24,000 bases of DNA from Herbiconiux sp. SYSU D00978 (GCF_017355965.1 NZ_JAFIQW010000003.1:1-24000), one strand, 5' to 3'. Positions 14,370 to 23,774 are shown, counted from the stretch's first letter. Notes: generated by a model not told the origin, from the sequence alone. A program made the numbers and translations.

Positions 14370-15224
14370 TCAGTACAGATGGATGGTGTCGTTGTCGATC
14401 AGTCGCGTCGATCCGACCCGCGCGGCGACCAGCACGGTCGCAGGTCCTCGGTACCCGTCGTCGACGGGGAGGAAGGTCTCGGGGTCGACGACGACCAGGT
14501 AGTCAAGTGTAACGAGGGGCTCCTCGGCGAAGACGGCCTGGGCGGCGCGGACCACTCCGTCGACCCCCCGGTCGGCTGCGGACGACGCGGCCTCGAGCGA
14601 GACGGACAGCGCGAGGGCCGCGCGGCGCTCCTCGGGCGTGAGGTACACGTTGCGGCTGCTGAGGGCGAGCCCCTCGTTCTCGCGGACGGTCTCGACGACC
14701 TCGATCTCGATGGGCAGGTCGAGGTCCTTGACCATGCGGCGCACGAGGAAGACCTGCTGAGCGTCCTTCTGCCCGAAGACCGCGATGTCGGGGGTGACGA
14801 TGTTGAAGAGCTTCGTCACGACGGTGAGCATGCCGTCGAAGTGCTTGGGCCGCGTCTTGCCCTCGTAGAGCCCGCCGACCTGGCCGGCGGTGACCCGCGT
14901 CTGGCTGGGCCCGTCCGGGTACATCGCGTCGACGCTCGGCGCGAAGACGAGGTGCACGCCCTTGGCGGCGAGCTTCTCGACATCCGCCTCGAGCGTTCGC
15001 GGGTAGCGGTCGAGGTCCTCGTTCGCGCCGAACTGCAGCGGGTTGACGAAGATCGTCACGACGACGGTCTCGGCGACCTCGAGCGCCCGGTCGACGAGCG
15101 CGAGGTGGCCGTCGTGCAGCGCGCCCATGGTCGGCACGACCGCGACGTGTCCGGTGCGGCGGGCGGATGCCACGTGCCCGCGGATCTCCGCGATCGTGTG
15201 CACGACGACGGGGGTGGTGCTCAC
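14370..15224 (-). CDS. panC: Pantoate--beta-alanine ligase (284 aa)
   Basis: The sequence has [14 protein letters not shown] (HIGH-like motif), [16 protein letters not shown] and SSRN. I place the start at GTG 15224, which overlaps the upstream stop (GTGA). The 655-aa track ORF is an artefactual extension. Confidence 0.95.
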   Translation of the reverse strand: MSTTPVVVHTIAEIRGHVASARRTGHVAVVPTMGALHDGHLALVDRALEVAETVVVTIFVNPLQFGANEDLDRYPRTLEADVEKLAAKGVHLVFAPSVDAMYPDGPSQTRVTAGQVGGLYEGKTRPKHFDGMLTVVTKLFNIVTPDIAVFGQKDAQQVFLVRRMVKDLDLPIEIEVVETVRENEGLALSSRNVYLTPEERRAALALSVSLEAASSAADRGVDGVVRAAQAVFAEEPLVTLDYLVVVDPETFLPVDDGYRGPATVLVAARVGSTRLIDNDTIHLY

Positions 15225-15970
15225 TCGTCGTCCTCCGTGTCGCCCGGCAGTGCTGTCTCGTCCGCCAGGGCGGTCAGGTCGATCGTATCGGGTGGGGCGA
15301 CGAGGGCGTTCTCGACCGACGAGCGCACGAGCGGCGCGAGCAGCCGTCCGGGGTCGGGCAGGCCGATGCCGTCGAGCAGCCCGACGGCCTGGGCGACGAT
15401 CGCGGTGGAGAAGCTGGTCGCGGTCGTGATCGCCTCGCCGTAGGCGGCGCGGTCGGCCTCGGCGACGATCACGGGCTCGGCGCCCATCTCGACGACGAGC
15501 GCCTGACCGATGGGCTGCACGGGGGCCGGTGCGGTGACGGCGCAGTACGACTCGCGCAGCCGCACGAGGTCGATGCTCGTGCCCGTGAACGACATCGCGG
15601 GATGGATCGCGAGCGGGATGACGCCCTGCGCGAGCGCCGGCTTCAGCACCGAGACCCCGAGGCCGGGCGCCGTGTGCACGACGAGCTGACCGGGCTGCCA
15701 CGCCCCGACGGCGGCGAGCCCCGAGACGAGCCCGGGAAGCTCGGACTCGGGGATCGCGAGGAGCACGAGCTCCGCGCGACGCACGACCTCGGGCACGTCG
15801 AGCACGGGAACGCCGGGCAGCATGGCATCCGCCCGGTCCTTCGACTCCTGCGAGACGGCGCTGATGCCGACGAGGGCGTGGCCGGCGCCGGCCAGGGCGG
15901 CCCCGAGAACCGGGCCGACGCGGCCGGCCCCGACGATGCCGACGCCGAGGCGCCCGGAGCGCTCGGTCAC
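15221..15970 (-). CDS. Rossmann-like / DUF2520 domain protein (249 aa), the Rv3603c-type gene usually found upstream of panC
   Basis: A GxGxxG dinucleotide fold is present (VGIVGAGRVGPVLGAAL). The position upstream of panC is conserved. The GTG start at 15970 overlaps the upstream stop (GTGA). Confidence 0.8.
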   Translation of the reverse strand: MTERSGRLGVGIVGAGRVGPVLGAALAGAGHALVGISAVSQESKDRADAMLPGVPVLDVPEVVRRAELVLLAIPESELPGLVSGLAAVGAWQPGQLVVHTAPGLGVSVLKPALAQGVIPLAIHPAMSFTGTSIDLVRLRESYCAVTAPAPVQPIGQALVVEMGAEPVIVAEADRAAYGEAITTATSFSTAIVAQAVGLLDGIGLPDPGRLLAPLVRSSVENALVAPPDTIDLTALADETALPGDTEDDE

Positions 15971-17673
15971 GAGGCGGCCTCGGCGGAGCGCCAGCGGTGC
16001 GACGAGTCGTTGCCCGCCGCGCGCACAGCGCCCGTGGCGACCTCGTCGAAAAAGCGTTGCGCGTCGGCGTCGTCGAGAGCGCCGATCGCGCTCGAGATCG
16101 GCCCGGCGACCGTGTGCACGTGCACGCCCGCGAGCCGGAGCGCGCGAAGGAGCGGTCCGCGGCGGATCGCCACGCTCTGCACGCGGGGCAGCGGCACGAG
16201 CACGAGCTCCCGCCAGAGCCAGCCGCGGCGCAGCGCGACGACGTCGGGCAGCAGCGCGAAGCCGTTGCGGCGGCGGCTGAACCACCGCAGCACGCGCGCG
16301 CGGCGCGGCGAGTTGGTGAACGGGTCATCCGGCTCACCGCCCTTCGCGGCGGCGGCCCGCTGCACGGTCGCGGCGTCGAAGCCGGGCAGCATGAGCTCGA
16401 GCACGCGGACGGCGTCGTCGAGCGTGCCGACCGGCAGCACGAGCGAGCGCGTCTGCTGCTGCTGGGCGTTGGTCGACGAGCGCGAGGCGCGGTTGACGCG
16501 GATCGCCCACCAGCCGAAGGGGCGCCACAGCAGTCCCTGCGAGAGCTGCACGGAGTGCACGCGACCCGGAGGCAGGGTGTCGTTGGTGGTCGAGAGCAGC
16601 CCGTAGCCGACGCGGAGCCCGTCGCGGGTGCCGGCGACGGAGTAGCGCAGGCCCGAGGTGATCCGGTTGACGAGGTAGGTACCGAGACCGAGCAGCGCCG
16701 GAAGCGCGCCGAAGACGGCGATCGGCTCGCCCGTGACGAGCGAGACGATGCCGAGGCCGGCGAGCACGGCGAGCACCGAGAGCGTGCCGCTCGACAGCAG
16801 CACGGAACCGATCAGCCGGCCGGGGGTGATGCGCACGACCGACTCGGCCGCGGCCTCGGCGGGATCGAGCTCGGGCGCGAGCAGCTCCTGCACGCGCGCC
16901 TCGACGAGACCGGGCACGCCGTTGGGCGCCGCCGGGGCCGCGGCCGCCGCGGCGCGCTGCGCTCCGGATGCCAGGGCGAGCACGTCGCGGCGCAGCGCGT
17001 CGGCCTCGTGCCCGCGCAGGTACGACAGCTGCACGTTCGCGTCGTCGCCCGCCTGCTCGATCTCGAGCTTGGCGGCGCCGAAGAGTCGCGCGAAGAAGGG
17101 CCGCTGGATGTGCACGCCCTGGATGCGGTCGAGCCGCGCGCGCCGGTTCGTGCGCATGAGCACGCCCTGCCGCACCTCGACGATCTCCGCGGTGATGCGG
17201 AAGGTGTGGAAGCGCCACGACAGCCAGAAGAAGAACACGACGACGAGCACGACGCCGAGGGTCGCGAGCAGCGCCCAGAACAGGAGGCCCTCGCCCACGA
17301 GGAACTCGACGGGGTCGCCCGAGTAGTCCTCGTCGCGGTACATCGGTAGGAAGCCCTCGATGAACCGGTCGCGCAGGTTGGTGATGAGGAAGCCGACGAT
17401 CGCGATGAGGGCGATGCCGCCGCGCAGCAGCGGGGTGGCCGGGTGCAGCCGGTGCCACTCGCCGTCGGCGAGCGAGGTCGTGAGCGGCGCGGTGGCCAGG
17501 GACTGGAGGGGCTGGGGCTGCTGTGCTTCGAAACCCGCACCCTCCGTGCGGGGGTTACCGGCTGGAAGCGGCCCCGCGAGGTCGGCTCCGCGTCCCTCGG
17601 TGAGCGGGCTGCCGAGTCCTTCGCGCTCCTCGGGGCGCTGGGTGTCCGAGCGCGGCGGTAGCGGCTCGGTCAC
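15967..17673 (-). CDS. YdbT-like membrane protein with repeated bacterial PH (bPH_2/DUF304) domains (568 aa)
   Basis: There is a Pro/Gly/Glu-rich N-terminus. This is followed by repeated units of two hydrophobic helices plus a PH-like segment (GEWHRLHPATPLLRG..., ...RITAEIVEVRQGVLMRTNRRARLDRIQGVHIQ...). The GTG start overlaps the upstream stop (GTGA). Confidence 0.8.
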   Translation of the reverse strand: MTEPLPPRSDTQRPEEREGLGSPLTEGRGADLAGPLPAGNPRTEGAGFEAQQPQPLQSLATAPLTTSLADGEWHRLHPATPLLRGGIALIAIVGFLITNLRDRFIEGFLPMYRDEDYSGDPVEFLVGEGLLFWALLATLGVVLVVVFFFWLSWRFHTFRITAEIVEVRQGVLMRTNRRARLDRIQGVHIQRPFFARLFGAAKLEIEQAGDDANVQLSYLRGHEADALRRDVLALASGAQRAAAAAAPAAPNGVPGLVEARVQELLAPELDPAEAAAESVVRITPGRLIGSVLLSSGTLSVLAVLAGLGIVSLVTGEPIAVFGALPALLGLGTYLVNRITSGLRYSVAGTRDGLRVGYGLLSTTNDTLPPGRVHSVQLSQGLLWRPFGWWAIRVNRASRSSTNAQQQQTRSLVLPVGTLDDAVRVLELMLPGFDAATVQRAAAAKGGEPDDPFTNSPRRARVLRWFSRRRNGFALLPDVVALRRGWLWRELVLVPLPRVQSVAIRRGPLLRALRLAGVHVHTVAGPISSAIGALDDADAQRFFDEVATGAVRAAGNDSSHRWRSAEAAS

Positions 17674-18161
17674 AGGCCCGTCCGGCGGCTCTCGGCCAGG
17701 GCGACGAGGCGGTCGCGCAGGTCATCCGCCTCCTCTGCCGGCAGGCCGGGAAGCAGGATGTTGCTCGACGCCGCCGCCGTCACGAACTTCAGCTCGCTGA
17801 GCCCGAAGGCGCGGGCGATCGGTCCGCGGTTGACGTCGACGAGCTGCATCCGCCCGTACGGCACGGCGACGAGGCGGGTGAACATGATGCCGCGGCGCAC
17901 GAGCAGGTCGTCGGCACGCAGGGCGTAGCGGATCGAGCGGATGCGGCGGGGCGTCAGCACGAGCACGACGAGGTGCACGAGCAGCACCGCCGCCGACGGG
18001 ATCAGCGCCCACGGCTCCTGGATGAGCCAGTAGGGCACGGTCGCTGCGGCGGTGAAGATCAGCGCCGAGACCGCCGTGCCGATGAGGTCGACCGCGATGT
18101 ACTTCGGGGAGACCCCGTGCCACTCGATCTCGGTGGGCCGGGTCACTGCCGTCTCTGTCAC
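17670..18161 (-). CDS. YdbS-like PH-domain membrane protein (163 aa)
   Basis: The sequence has EIEWHGVSPKYIAVDLI, then two helices, then YALRADDLLVRRGIMFTRLVAVPYGRMQLVDV (bPH_2 pattern). A GGAGAGG Shine-Dalgarno lies 5 nt before the GTG. Confidence 0.8.
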   Translation of the reverse strand: MTETAVTRPTEIEWHGVSPKYIAVDLIGTAVSALIFTAAATVPYWLIQEPWALIPSAAVLLVHLVVLVLTPRRIRSIRYALRADDLLVRRGIMFTRLVAVPYGRMQLVDVNRGPIARAFGLSELKFVTAAASSNILLPGLPAEEADDLRDRLVALAESRRTGL

Positions 18162-18181
18162 GTCCGCCTCTCCAGCGTGTA

Positions 18182-18667
18182 CTACGGCTGCACCCTCACC
18201 GGGCGGCCGTCGTCATCCTCGTCCTCGTCCTCGTCGTCGGGTGGGACGCGGCACATCTGCTCGGCGAGCAGGCCGCCGGCGAGCAGCAGGATCGCGCCGA
18301 TGACGCTCGCCCCCGCCTGCCCGACAGAGCCTACCGTCGGCACCGGACGGGTGAGCAGGTAGGCGAGCACACCGCCGGCGAAGCCGGTGAGCAGCGCGCC
18401 GCTGAGCGACGACGCCTTCGCCAGCAGCACGACGCGCGTCGCGTAGAGCGGGTCGATGCGCGCCTTCGTCCTGCCGCGGGCGACCTGCCGCACGGGCAGC
18501 GCGAGGCTCACGACGATCACGGCGACCGCGGCGAGGGCGAGGGCAAGCGTGTACGGCATCGGGAAGACCGGCTGACCGGATGCCGCGAGGGCGGTCTGCA
18601 GCAGCCAGCCGAGCCCCGCGCCGAGCACGGCGAGGAGCACCAGGGTGAGGGGACGCGTCGTGGTCAC
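18182..18667 (-). CDS. DUF3180-type membrane protein (161 aa) with an acidic C-terminal tail
   Basis: There are four hydrophobic helices, and the position immediately after folK is conserved (Rv3605c-like, from memory). The tail is PPDDEDEDEDDDG. The GTG start at 18667 overlaps the folK stop (GTGA). Confidence 0.65.
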   Translation of the reverse strand: MTTTRPLTLVLLAVLGAGLGWLLQTALAASGQPVFPMPYTLALALAAVAVIVVSLALPVRQVARGRTKARIDPLYATRVVLLAKASSLSGALLTGFAGGVLAYLLTRPVPTVGSVGQAGASVIGAILLLAGGLLAEQMCRVPPDDEDEDEDDDGRPVRVQP

Positions 18668-19140
18668 GGCTGGGCCTCCAGGGCGGCGAGCAGTCGGGCG
18701 ACCGGGCCGCGCCCGGGCAGTTCGGCGGTGGGGTCGATCTCGAGCCACGGCCGGAGGACGAAGTCGCGCTCGTGCGCGCGCGGGTGCGGCAGCTGCAGCC
18801 GGTCGACGTCGCGGCGCTCGTCGCCGAACACGATGATGTCGAGGTCGAGCGTGCGGTCGCCCCAGCGCTCGGCGCGCACGCGCCCGAAGTGCTGCTCGAT
18901 GTCCATGAGGCGATCCAACAGCTGCTCGGGCGTGAGCGCGACCTCCGCCGTCAGCGCGGCGTTGAGGTAGGCGGGTGCGCTCTCGTCGACGCCGTGCGGC
19001 TTGAGCGCGGCGGTCTCGTGGAAGGAGCTGATCGCGGTGAGCTCGACCCCGCCGAGTTCCGCGATGGCCCGGACCGCGTCGGCCAGGATGCGGGACCGGT
19101 CGCCGAGGTTGCTGCCGAGCGCGATGACGGCGGCGGTCAT
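18664..19140 (-). CDS. folK: 2-amino-4-hydroxy-6-hydroxymethyldihydropteridine diphosphokinase (158 aa)
   Basis: The sequence has AVIALGSNLGDR, YLNAALTAE, ERWGDRTLDLDIIVFG, and LPHPRAHERDFVLRPW. The ATG at 19140 overlaps the folP stop (ATGA). The track start at 19227 is an extension. Confidence 0.93.
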   Translation of the reverse strand: MTAAVIALGSNLGDRSRILADAVRAIAELGGVELTAISSFHETAALKPHGVDESAPAYLNAALTAEVALTPEQLLDRLMDIEQHFGRVRAERWGDRTLDLDIIVFGDERRDVDRLQLPHPRAHERDFVLRPWLEIDPTAELPGRGPVARLLAALEAQP

Positions 19141-19949
19141 CGCGTCGCCTCCGCGCCGCGGCGCCAAGCGGCGGCCACGTCGAGCGCCGCGACCGTCGAG
19201 GCGACGTCGTGCACGCGCACCGCCCACGCGCCGGATGTCGCGGAGAGCGCGCTGACGACGGCGGTGCCGAGGTCGCGCTGCTCGACGGGGGCACCGTCCG
19301 GCAGCAGCGCGCCGAGGAACCGCTTGCGGGAGGCGCCGATCAGCAGGGGGAAGCCGAGACTCTGCAGTTCCGTCATCCGGCCGAGCAACTGCCAGTTGTG
19401 GTCGGCGTCCTTGGCGAAGCCGAGTCCGGGGTCAAGCACGAGCTTCGCCGGGTCGAGGCCTGCGGCGAGCAGCGCCTCGACCCGCGCGCCGAGTTCGCGG
19501 CGCACGTCGGCGACGACGTCGTCGTAGATCGCGCGCGAGGTCATCGTGTCGCTGTGGCCGCGCCAGTGCATCGCGACGAACGGCACCTGGGCGTTGGCCG
19601 CGACGGGCACGATGCCGGGATCGGCGAGCCCGCCGGAGACATCGTTGACGATCGTGGCACCGGCCTCGAGGGCGGCGGCCGCGGTCGAGGCGCGCATGGT
19701 GTCGATGGAGACGCGGATGCCGCGCGCGGCGAGCTCGCGGATGACCGGCACGACGCGGTCGGCCTCCTCCCCGGCATCCGTGCGGGCCGCGCCGGGCCTC
19801 GTGGTCTCGCCGCCGACGTCGATCACGTCGGCACCCTGGGCGCTGAGCTCCAGCCCGCGGGCGATTGCCGCGTCCGGGTCGAGGAAGCGCCCGCCGTCGC
19901 TGAACGAGTCGGGCGTCACGTTGAGCACGCCGAAGACCAGCGGGCGCAC
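19137..19949 (-). CDS. folP: Dihydropteroate synthase (270 aa from GTG 19949; an alternative GTG at 20000 gives 287 aa)
   Basis: The sequence has GVLNVTPDSFSDGG, DVGGETTRPG, VSIDT, NDVSGG and GASRKRFLG. GTG 19949 has GAGGGG 10 nt upstream and gives a typical short N-terminus. GTG 20000 lies 1 nt after the ftsH stop. The 350-aa track ORF overlaps the ftsH tail and is an artefact. Confidence 0.92.
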   Translation of the reverse strand: MRPLVFGVLNVTPDSFSDGGRFLDPDAAIARGLELSAQGADVIDVGGETTRPGAARTDAGEEADRVVPVIRELAARGIRVSIDTMRASTAAAALEAGATIVNDVSGGLADPGIVPVAANAQVPFVAMHWRGHSDTMTSRAIYDDVVADVRRELGARVEALLAAGLDPAKLVLDPGLGFAKDADHNWQLLGRMTELQSLGFPLLIGASRKRFLGALLPDGAPVEQRDLGTAVVSALSATSGAWAVRVHDVASTVAALDVAAAWRRGAEATR

Positions 19950-20001
19950 GAGAGCAGGCGACCCCTCGGGGGTCGCCTGCTGCGTCGTATGGACGGTCAC
20001 C

Positions 20002-21996
20002 CTAGGCGGTGGCGATGCCCGGGTTGCGGCGCGGGATGCGCCGCGGACGGCTCGGCTCGGAGTCGACACCGCCGTCGACGGCCTCGCCGTCGACCGGAGC
20101 CTTGGCCGGGATCTGCACGGGCGGCAGGTCGCTGATCGGCCGGTTCCGGCTGGACAGCCACTGCGGGCGCTCGTCGAGCTTCTTGACATCCGCGAAGATC
20201 TCGGCGAGCTCGTCGTGGTCGAGCGTCTCCTTCTCCAGCAGCGCCGTCGCCAGGCGGTCGAGGATGTCGCGGTTGGCGGTGATGACCTTGTAGGCCTCGT
20301 CGTGGGCCTGCTCGATGAGCAGTCGCACCTCGGCGTCGACCTGCTCGGCGATCTGCTCGGAGTAGTCGCGCTGGTGCCCCATGTCGCGGCCGAGGAAGAC
20401 CTCGCCCTGCGACTGACCCAGCTTCACGGCGCCGACGTTCGCGCTCATGCCGTACTCGGTGACCATCTTGCGGGCCGTCGCGGTGGCCTTCTCGATGTCG
20501 TTCGAGGCGCCGGTGGTGGGGTCGTGGAACACGACCTCCTCGGCGACGCGGCCGCCCATCGCGTAGGCGAGCTGGTCGAGCAGCTCGTTGCGGGTGACCG
20601 AGTACTTGTCCTCGAGCGGAAGCACCATCGTGTAGCCGAGGGCACGGCCGCGGGGCAGGATCGTGACCTTCGTGACGGGGTCGGTGTGCCGCATCGCCGC
20701 CGCCGCGAGGGCGTGGCCGCCCTCGTGGTACGCCGTGATGAGGCGCTCCTTGTCGTTCATCACCCGCGAGCGGCGCTGCGGGCCGGCCATCACGCGGTCG
20801 ACGGCCTCGTCGAGGGCGCGGTTGTCGATGAGCTGGGCGCCGGCGCGCGCGGTGAGCAGCGCGGCCTCGTTGAGCACGTTCGCGAGGTCGGCACCGGTGA
20901 AGCCGGGCGTCTTGCGGGCGAGCACGGCGAGGTCGACGCTCTTGGCGAGCGGCTTGCCCTTGCCGTGCACCTCGAGGATGCGCTGACGGCCGGGCAGGTC
21001 GGGGGCGTCGACGCCGATCTGGCGGTCGAAGCGGCCCGGGCGCAGCAGGGCCGGGTCGAGGATGTCGGGACGGTTCGTCGCCGCGATCAGGATGACGTTC
21101 GTCTTGACGTCGAAGCCGTCCATCTCGACGAGCAGCTGGTTGAGGGTCTGCTCGCGCTCGTCGTGGCCTCCGCCGAGTCCGGCGCCGCGGTGACGACCGA
21201 CGGCGTCGATCTCGTCGACGAAGATGATCGCCGGGGAGTTCTGCTTCGCCTGCTCGAACAGGTCGCGCACGCGGCTGGCGCCGACACCGACGAACATCTC
21301 GACGAAGTCGGAGCCGGAGATCGAGTAGAACGGCACGCCCGCCTCACCCGCGACCGCGCGGGCGAGCAGCGTCTTGCCGGTGCCGGGAGGGCCGTACAGC
21401 AGCACGCCCTTGGGGATGCGGGCGCCGACCGCCTGGAAGCGCGACGGGTCCTTGAGGAAGTCCTTGATCTCCTGGAGCTCCTCGATCGCCTCATTGGCGC
21501 CGGCGACGTCGGCGAAGGTAACCTTCGGGGTCTCCTTCGAGACGAGCTTCGCCTTCGACTTGCCGAACTGCATGACGCGGTTGCCGCCGCCCTGCATGCT
21601 CGAGAGCAGGAACCAGAAGATCACGCCGATGATGAGGAACGGCAGGATGATGCCGAGCAGCGAGGTGAACCAGTTCGTCTGCGGAACCTCGTCGTCGAAG
21701 CTCTGCAGGTTGGCGGCGTCGATCGCCGCGATGACGTCTTCGCCGCGGGGCTCGACGTAGTAGAACTGCACCTGCTGGCCCTGCTCGCCCGCCTCGTTGA
21801 GCGTGAGGTCGACGCGCTGCTCGCCGTCGACCACGGTGGCCGACTCGACGGCGCCGGACTCGAGGTACTCGAGTCCCTGCTGGGTGGTGATCGTGCGGAA
21901 GCCGGAGCCCGTCAGCAGGCTCGAGCCGACCCACACGGCGATGATGGCGAGCACGATCCAGACGATCGGGCCGCGGAAGATGCGCTTGAAGTCCAT
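20002..21996 (-). CDS. ftsH: ATP-dependent zinc metalloprotease FtsH (664 aa)
   Basis: There are two N-terminal TM helices, Walker A GPPGTGKT, Walker B IIFVDEID, the SRH region, zinc motif HEGGHAL, and a disordered C-terminal tail. A GAGGGA Shine-Dalgarno lies 4 nt before the ATG. Confidence 0.97.
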   Translation of the reverse strand: MDFKRIFRGPIVWIVLAIIAVWVGSSLLTGSGFRTITTQQGLEYLESGAVESATVVDGEQRVDLTLNEAGEQGQQVQFYYVEPRGEDVIAAIDAANLQSFDDEVPQTNWFTSLLGIILPFLIIGVIFWFLLSSMQGGGNRVMQFGKSKAKLVSKETPKVTFADVAGANEAIEELQEIKDFLKDPSRFQAVGARIPKGVLLYGPPGTGKTLLARAVAGEAGVPFYSISGSDFVEMFVGVGASRVRDLFEQAKQNSPAIIFVDEIDAVGRHRGAGLGGGHDEREQTLNQLLVEMDGFDVKTNVILIAATNRPDILDPALLRPGRFDRQIGVDAPDLPGRQRILEVHGKGKPLAKSVDLAVLARKTPGFTGADLANVLNEAALLTARAGAQLIDNRALDEAVDRVMAGPQRRSRVMNDKERLITAYHEGGHALAAAAMRHTDPVTKVTILPRGRALGYTMVLPLEDKYSVTRNELLDQLAYAMGGRVAEEVVFHDPTTGASNDIEKATATARKMVTEYGMSANVGAVKLGQSQGEVFLGRDMGHQRDYSEQIAEQVDAEVRLLIEQAHDEAYKVITANRDILDRLATALLEKETLDHDELAEIFADVKKLDERPQWLSSRNRPISDLPPVQIPAKAPVDGEAVDGGVDSEPSRPRRIPRRNPGIATA

Positions 21997-22052
21997 TAGT
22001 TCCCTCGGGGTGCGGGGACCCCGATCGCCTTCCTGACGAGAAATGTGCAGTC

Positions 22053-22058
22053 AGAGTA
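22053..22058 (-). promoter_or_regulatory. Candidate ftsH -10 hexamer TACTCT
   Basis: This is the same hexamer as upstream of clpC, at the same 27-nt spacing from the same 14-mer box. It lies about 57 nt upstream of the ftsH ATG. Confidence 0.35.
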
Positions 22059-22085
22059 CCCCGCCGACACTGGGCGGCCAGTGGG

Positions 22086-22100
22086 TGTTCGCTGGCGGCA
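22086..22100. promoter_or_regulatory. ClgR-like box upstream of ftsH (GTTCGC-N5-GCA), an exact 14-mer copy of the clpC box
   Basis: TGTTCGCTGGCGGC at 22086-22099 is identical to 3004-3017. The third half-site base differs (GCA vs GCG). An inverted repeat, CACTGG-N4-CCAGTG, lies next to it at 22068-22083. Confidence 0.35.
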
Positions 22101-22196
22101 GAGCGGGCGTTTACCCCGGTGACACCAAGAATGTCGGAGGCGCTGGGCCGCGCGCCAGCGGGCGTTCCGCGGCGCCGGCCGAGGGATTCTCGGCGC

Positions 22197-22763
22197 CTAC
22201 GCCTCGGCGTTCTCGTACACGTGCGGCGCGAGCACGCCGATGCCGGCGAGGTTGCGGTAGCGCTCGGCGTAGTCGAGGCCGTAGCCGACGACGAAGGCGT
22301 TGGGGATCTCGAAGCCCACGTACTTGCAGTCGACCTGCACCTTCGCCGCCTCGGGCTTGCGCAGGAAGGCGCAGATCTCGACCGACTCGGCACCGCGGCT
22401 CTCGAGGTTCGCGCGCAGCCACGACAGGGTGAGACCGGAGTCGATGATGTCCTCGACGATCAGCACCTTGCGGCCGGTGAGGTCGGTGTCGAGGTCTTTC
22501 AGGATGCGCACGACGCCGGAGGACTGCGTGCCCGACCCGTAGGACGACACGGCCATCCAGTCCATCGTCAGGTGCAGCTTCAGCTCGCGGGCGAGGTCGG
22601 CCATGACCATGACCGCGCCCTTCAGCACGCCGACGAGCAGCACGTCGTCGTCATCGGTGTAGTCCGCCTCGATCTGACGGGCGAGCTCGGCGATTTTCGC
22701 CTTGATCTCCTCCTCGGAGATGAGCACCTCGGTGAGATCGGCCTCGACGGCGGCCAGGTCCAT
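22197..22763 (-). CDS. hpt: Hypoxanthine phosphoribosyltransferase (188 aa)
   Basis: The sequence has [18 protein letters not shown] and the PRPP-binding motif [14 protein letters not shown], followed by FVVGYGLDY. An AAAGGAG Shine-Dalgarno lies 5 nt before the ATG. Confidence 0.95.
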   Translation of the reverse strand: MDLAAVEADLTEVLISEEEIKAKIAELARQIEADYTDDDDVLLVGVLKGAVMVMADLARELKLHLTMDWMAVSSYGSGTQSSGVVRILKDLDTDLTGRKVLIVEDIIDSGLTLSWLRANLESRGAESVEICAFLRKPEAAKVQVDCKYVGFEIPNAFVVGYGLDYAERYRNLAGIGVLAPHVYENAEA

Positions 22764-22775
22764 TCGTTCTCCTTT

Positions 22776-23771
22776 TTACTGCTTCGCGGCGGCGGAGAAG
22801 ACGAGGCGCCCGCCGCGCCTCTCCACCCTAACGCCGGGCAGGTGCACGGCTCCCTGCCCCTTCCAATCGGTCACGAGCCGTGCCACCTCGAGCGTCTGCA
22901 CCCTCGACAGCGACACGGCGAACTCGCTCTGCACGACGAAGCGGATGATCCGCTGCCGCACGGCCGCGGGATTCGCGGCGAGCCCCGGAACGCTCAGCGA
23001 GATGCCGGCCTCGGCGTGATCGGCGAGGTCCTCGGCGACCTCCTCGGCGAGGTGCTGCAGAGCCGCGTCGTCCTCGCGCAGTTGCTCGGCCGTGCGGGCG
23101 AGAGCCTCGGCCACGCCGGGACCGAGCGACTCCTCGAGCACCGGCACGAGGTCGTGCCGCACCCGCACACGTGCGTACGTGCGGTCGTCGTTGTGGGGGT
23201 CGCGCCAGGGCGCGAGCCCCGCGTCGGCGCAGGCCTGCTCGGTCGTCGCACGCCGGATGCCGAGCAGCGGCCGCCGGAGCAGCCCGTTCACCGCGTCCAT
23301 CCCGTGCAGGCTCGCAGCGCCGCTCCCCCGCGCGAGACCGAGCAACACGGTCTCCGCCTGGTCGTCGAGCGTGTGGCCGAGCAGGATCGCGGCGGCGCCC
23401 GTCTCCGCCGCCGCCTCGGCGAGGGCGGCGTAGCGGGCGTCGCGAGCGGCGGCCTCCGGCCCGCCCGCCGAACCGACCGAGACGCGGCGCACGAGCACAG
23501 GCTCGAGCCCGAGGTCGCGGGCCTGCTGCGCGGCGCGCTCGGCGACCTCCGCCGAGTCAGGCTGCAGGGCGTGATCGACCACGATGGCGCCGGCGCGCAG
23601 GCCGGCGCGCGGGGCTTCGAAGGCGGTCGCGCCCGCGAGCGCGAGGGAGTCGGGCCCGCCCGAGAGCGCGACGAGGAGGAGCCCGCCCTGCGGGACATCC
23701 GTCACCGCCTCGCGCACGGCCCGCCGCACGTCGGCGACGGCCGGGGTCAGGCGGGGCCGGTCTGAGGGCAT
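22776..23771 (-). CDS. tilS: tRNA(Ile)-lysidine synthetase (331 aa)
   Basis: The N-type ATP pyrophosphatase PP-loop is present ([15 protein letters not shown]). The sequence then has [16 protein letters not shown] and RPLLGIRR. The position upstream of hpt is conserved. Confidence 0.92.
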   Translation of the reverse strand: MPSDRPRLTPAVADVRRAVREAVTDVPQGGLLLVALSGGPDSLALAGATAFEAPRAGLRAGAIVVDHALQPDSAEVAERAAQQARDLGLEPVLVRRVSVGSAGGPEAAARDARYAALAEAAAETGAAAILLGHTLDDQAETVLLGLARGSGAASLHGMDAVNGLLRRPLLGIRRATTEQACADAGLAPWRDPHNDDRTYARVRVRHDLVPVLEESLGPGVAEALARTAEQLREDDAALQHLAEEVAEDLADHAEAGISLSVPGLAANPAAVRQRIIRFVVQSEFAVSLSRVQTLEVARLVTDWKGQGAVHLPGVRVERRGGRLVFSAAAKQ

Positions 23772-23774
23772 CCG

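Noticed and set aside
14995-15008. A further GTTCGC-N5-GCG match (GTTCGCgggtaGCG) and other partial TGTTCGCTG matches (for example 4004-4012, between the XRE gene and pirin).
   Set aside because: The first lies inside the panC coding sequence, with no promoter context. The motif is short and GC-rich enough to occur by chance. The 9-mer at 4004 lacks the GCG half-site and has the opposite orientation relative to its gene.
14370-16337. Oversized ORF-track versions of real genes: panC as 655 aa, folP as 350 aa, DUF3180 as 370 aa, DUF2520 as 354 aa, folK as 187 aa, XRE as 349 aa, methyltransferase as 252 aa.
   Set aside because: The N-terminal extensions run through the upstream genes and are Arg/Pro-rich nonsense. 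Internal GTG/ATG starts that overlap the upstream stop (GTGA/ATGA/TGATG), or that follow a Shine-Dalgarno, give proteins of canonical length.
22171-22197. A short hairpin (gccgag-ggatt-ctcggc) right after the hpt stop, as a possible terminator between hpt and ftsH.
   Set aside because: It has only a 6-bp stem and no U-tract. A separate ftsH promoter is already suggested further downstream, but the hairpin alone is too weak to call.
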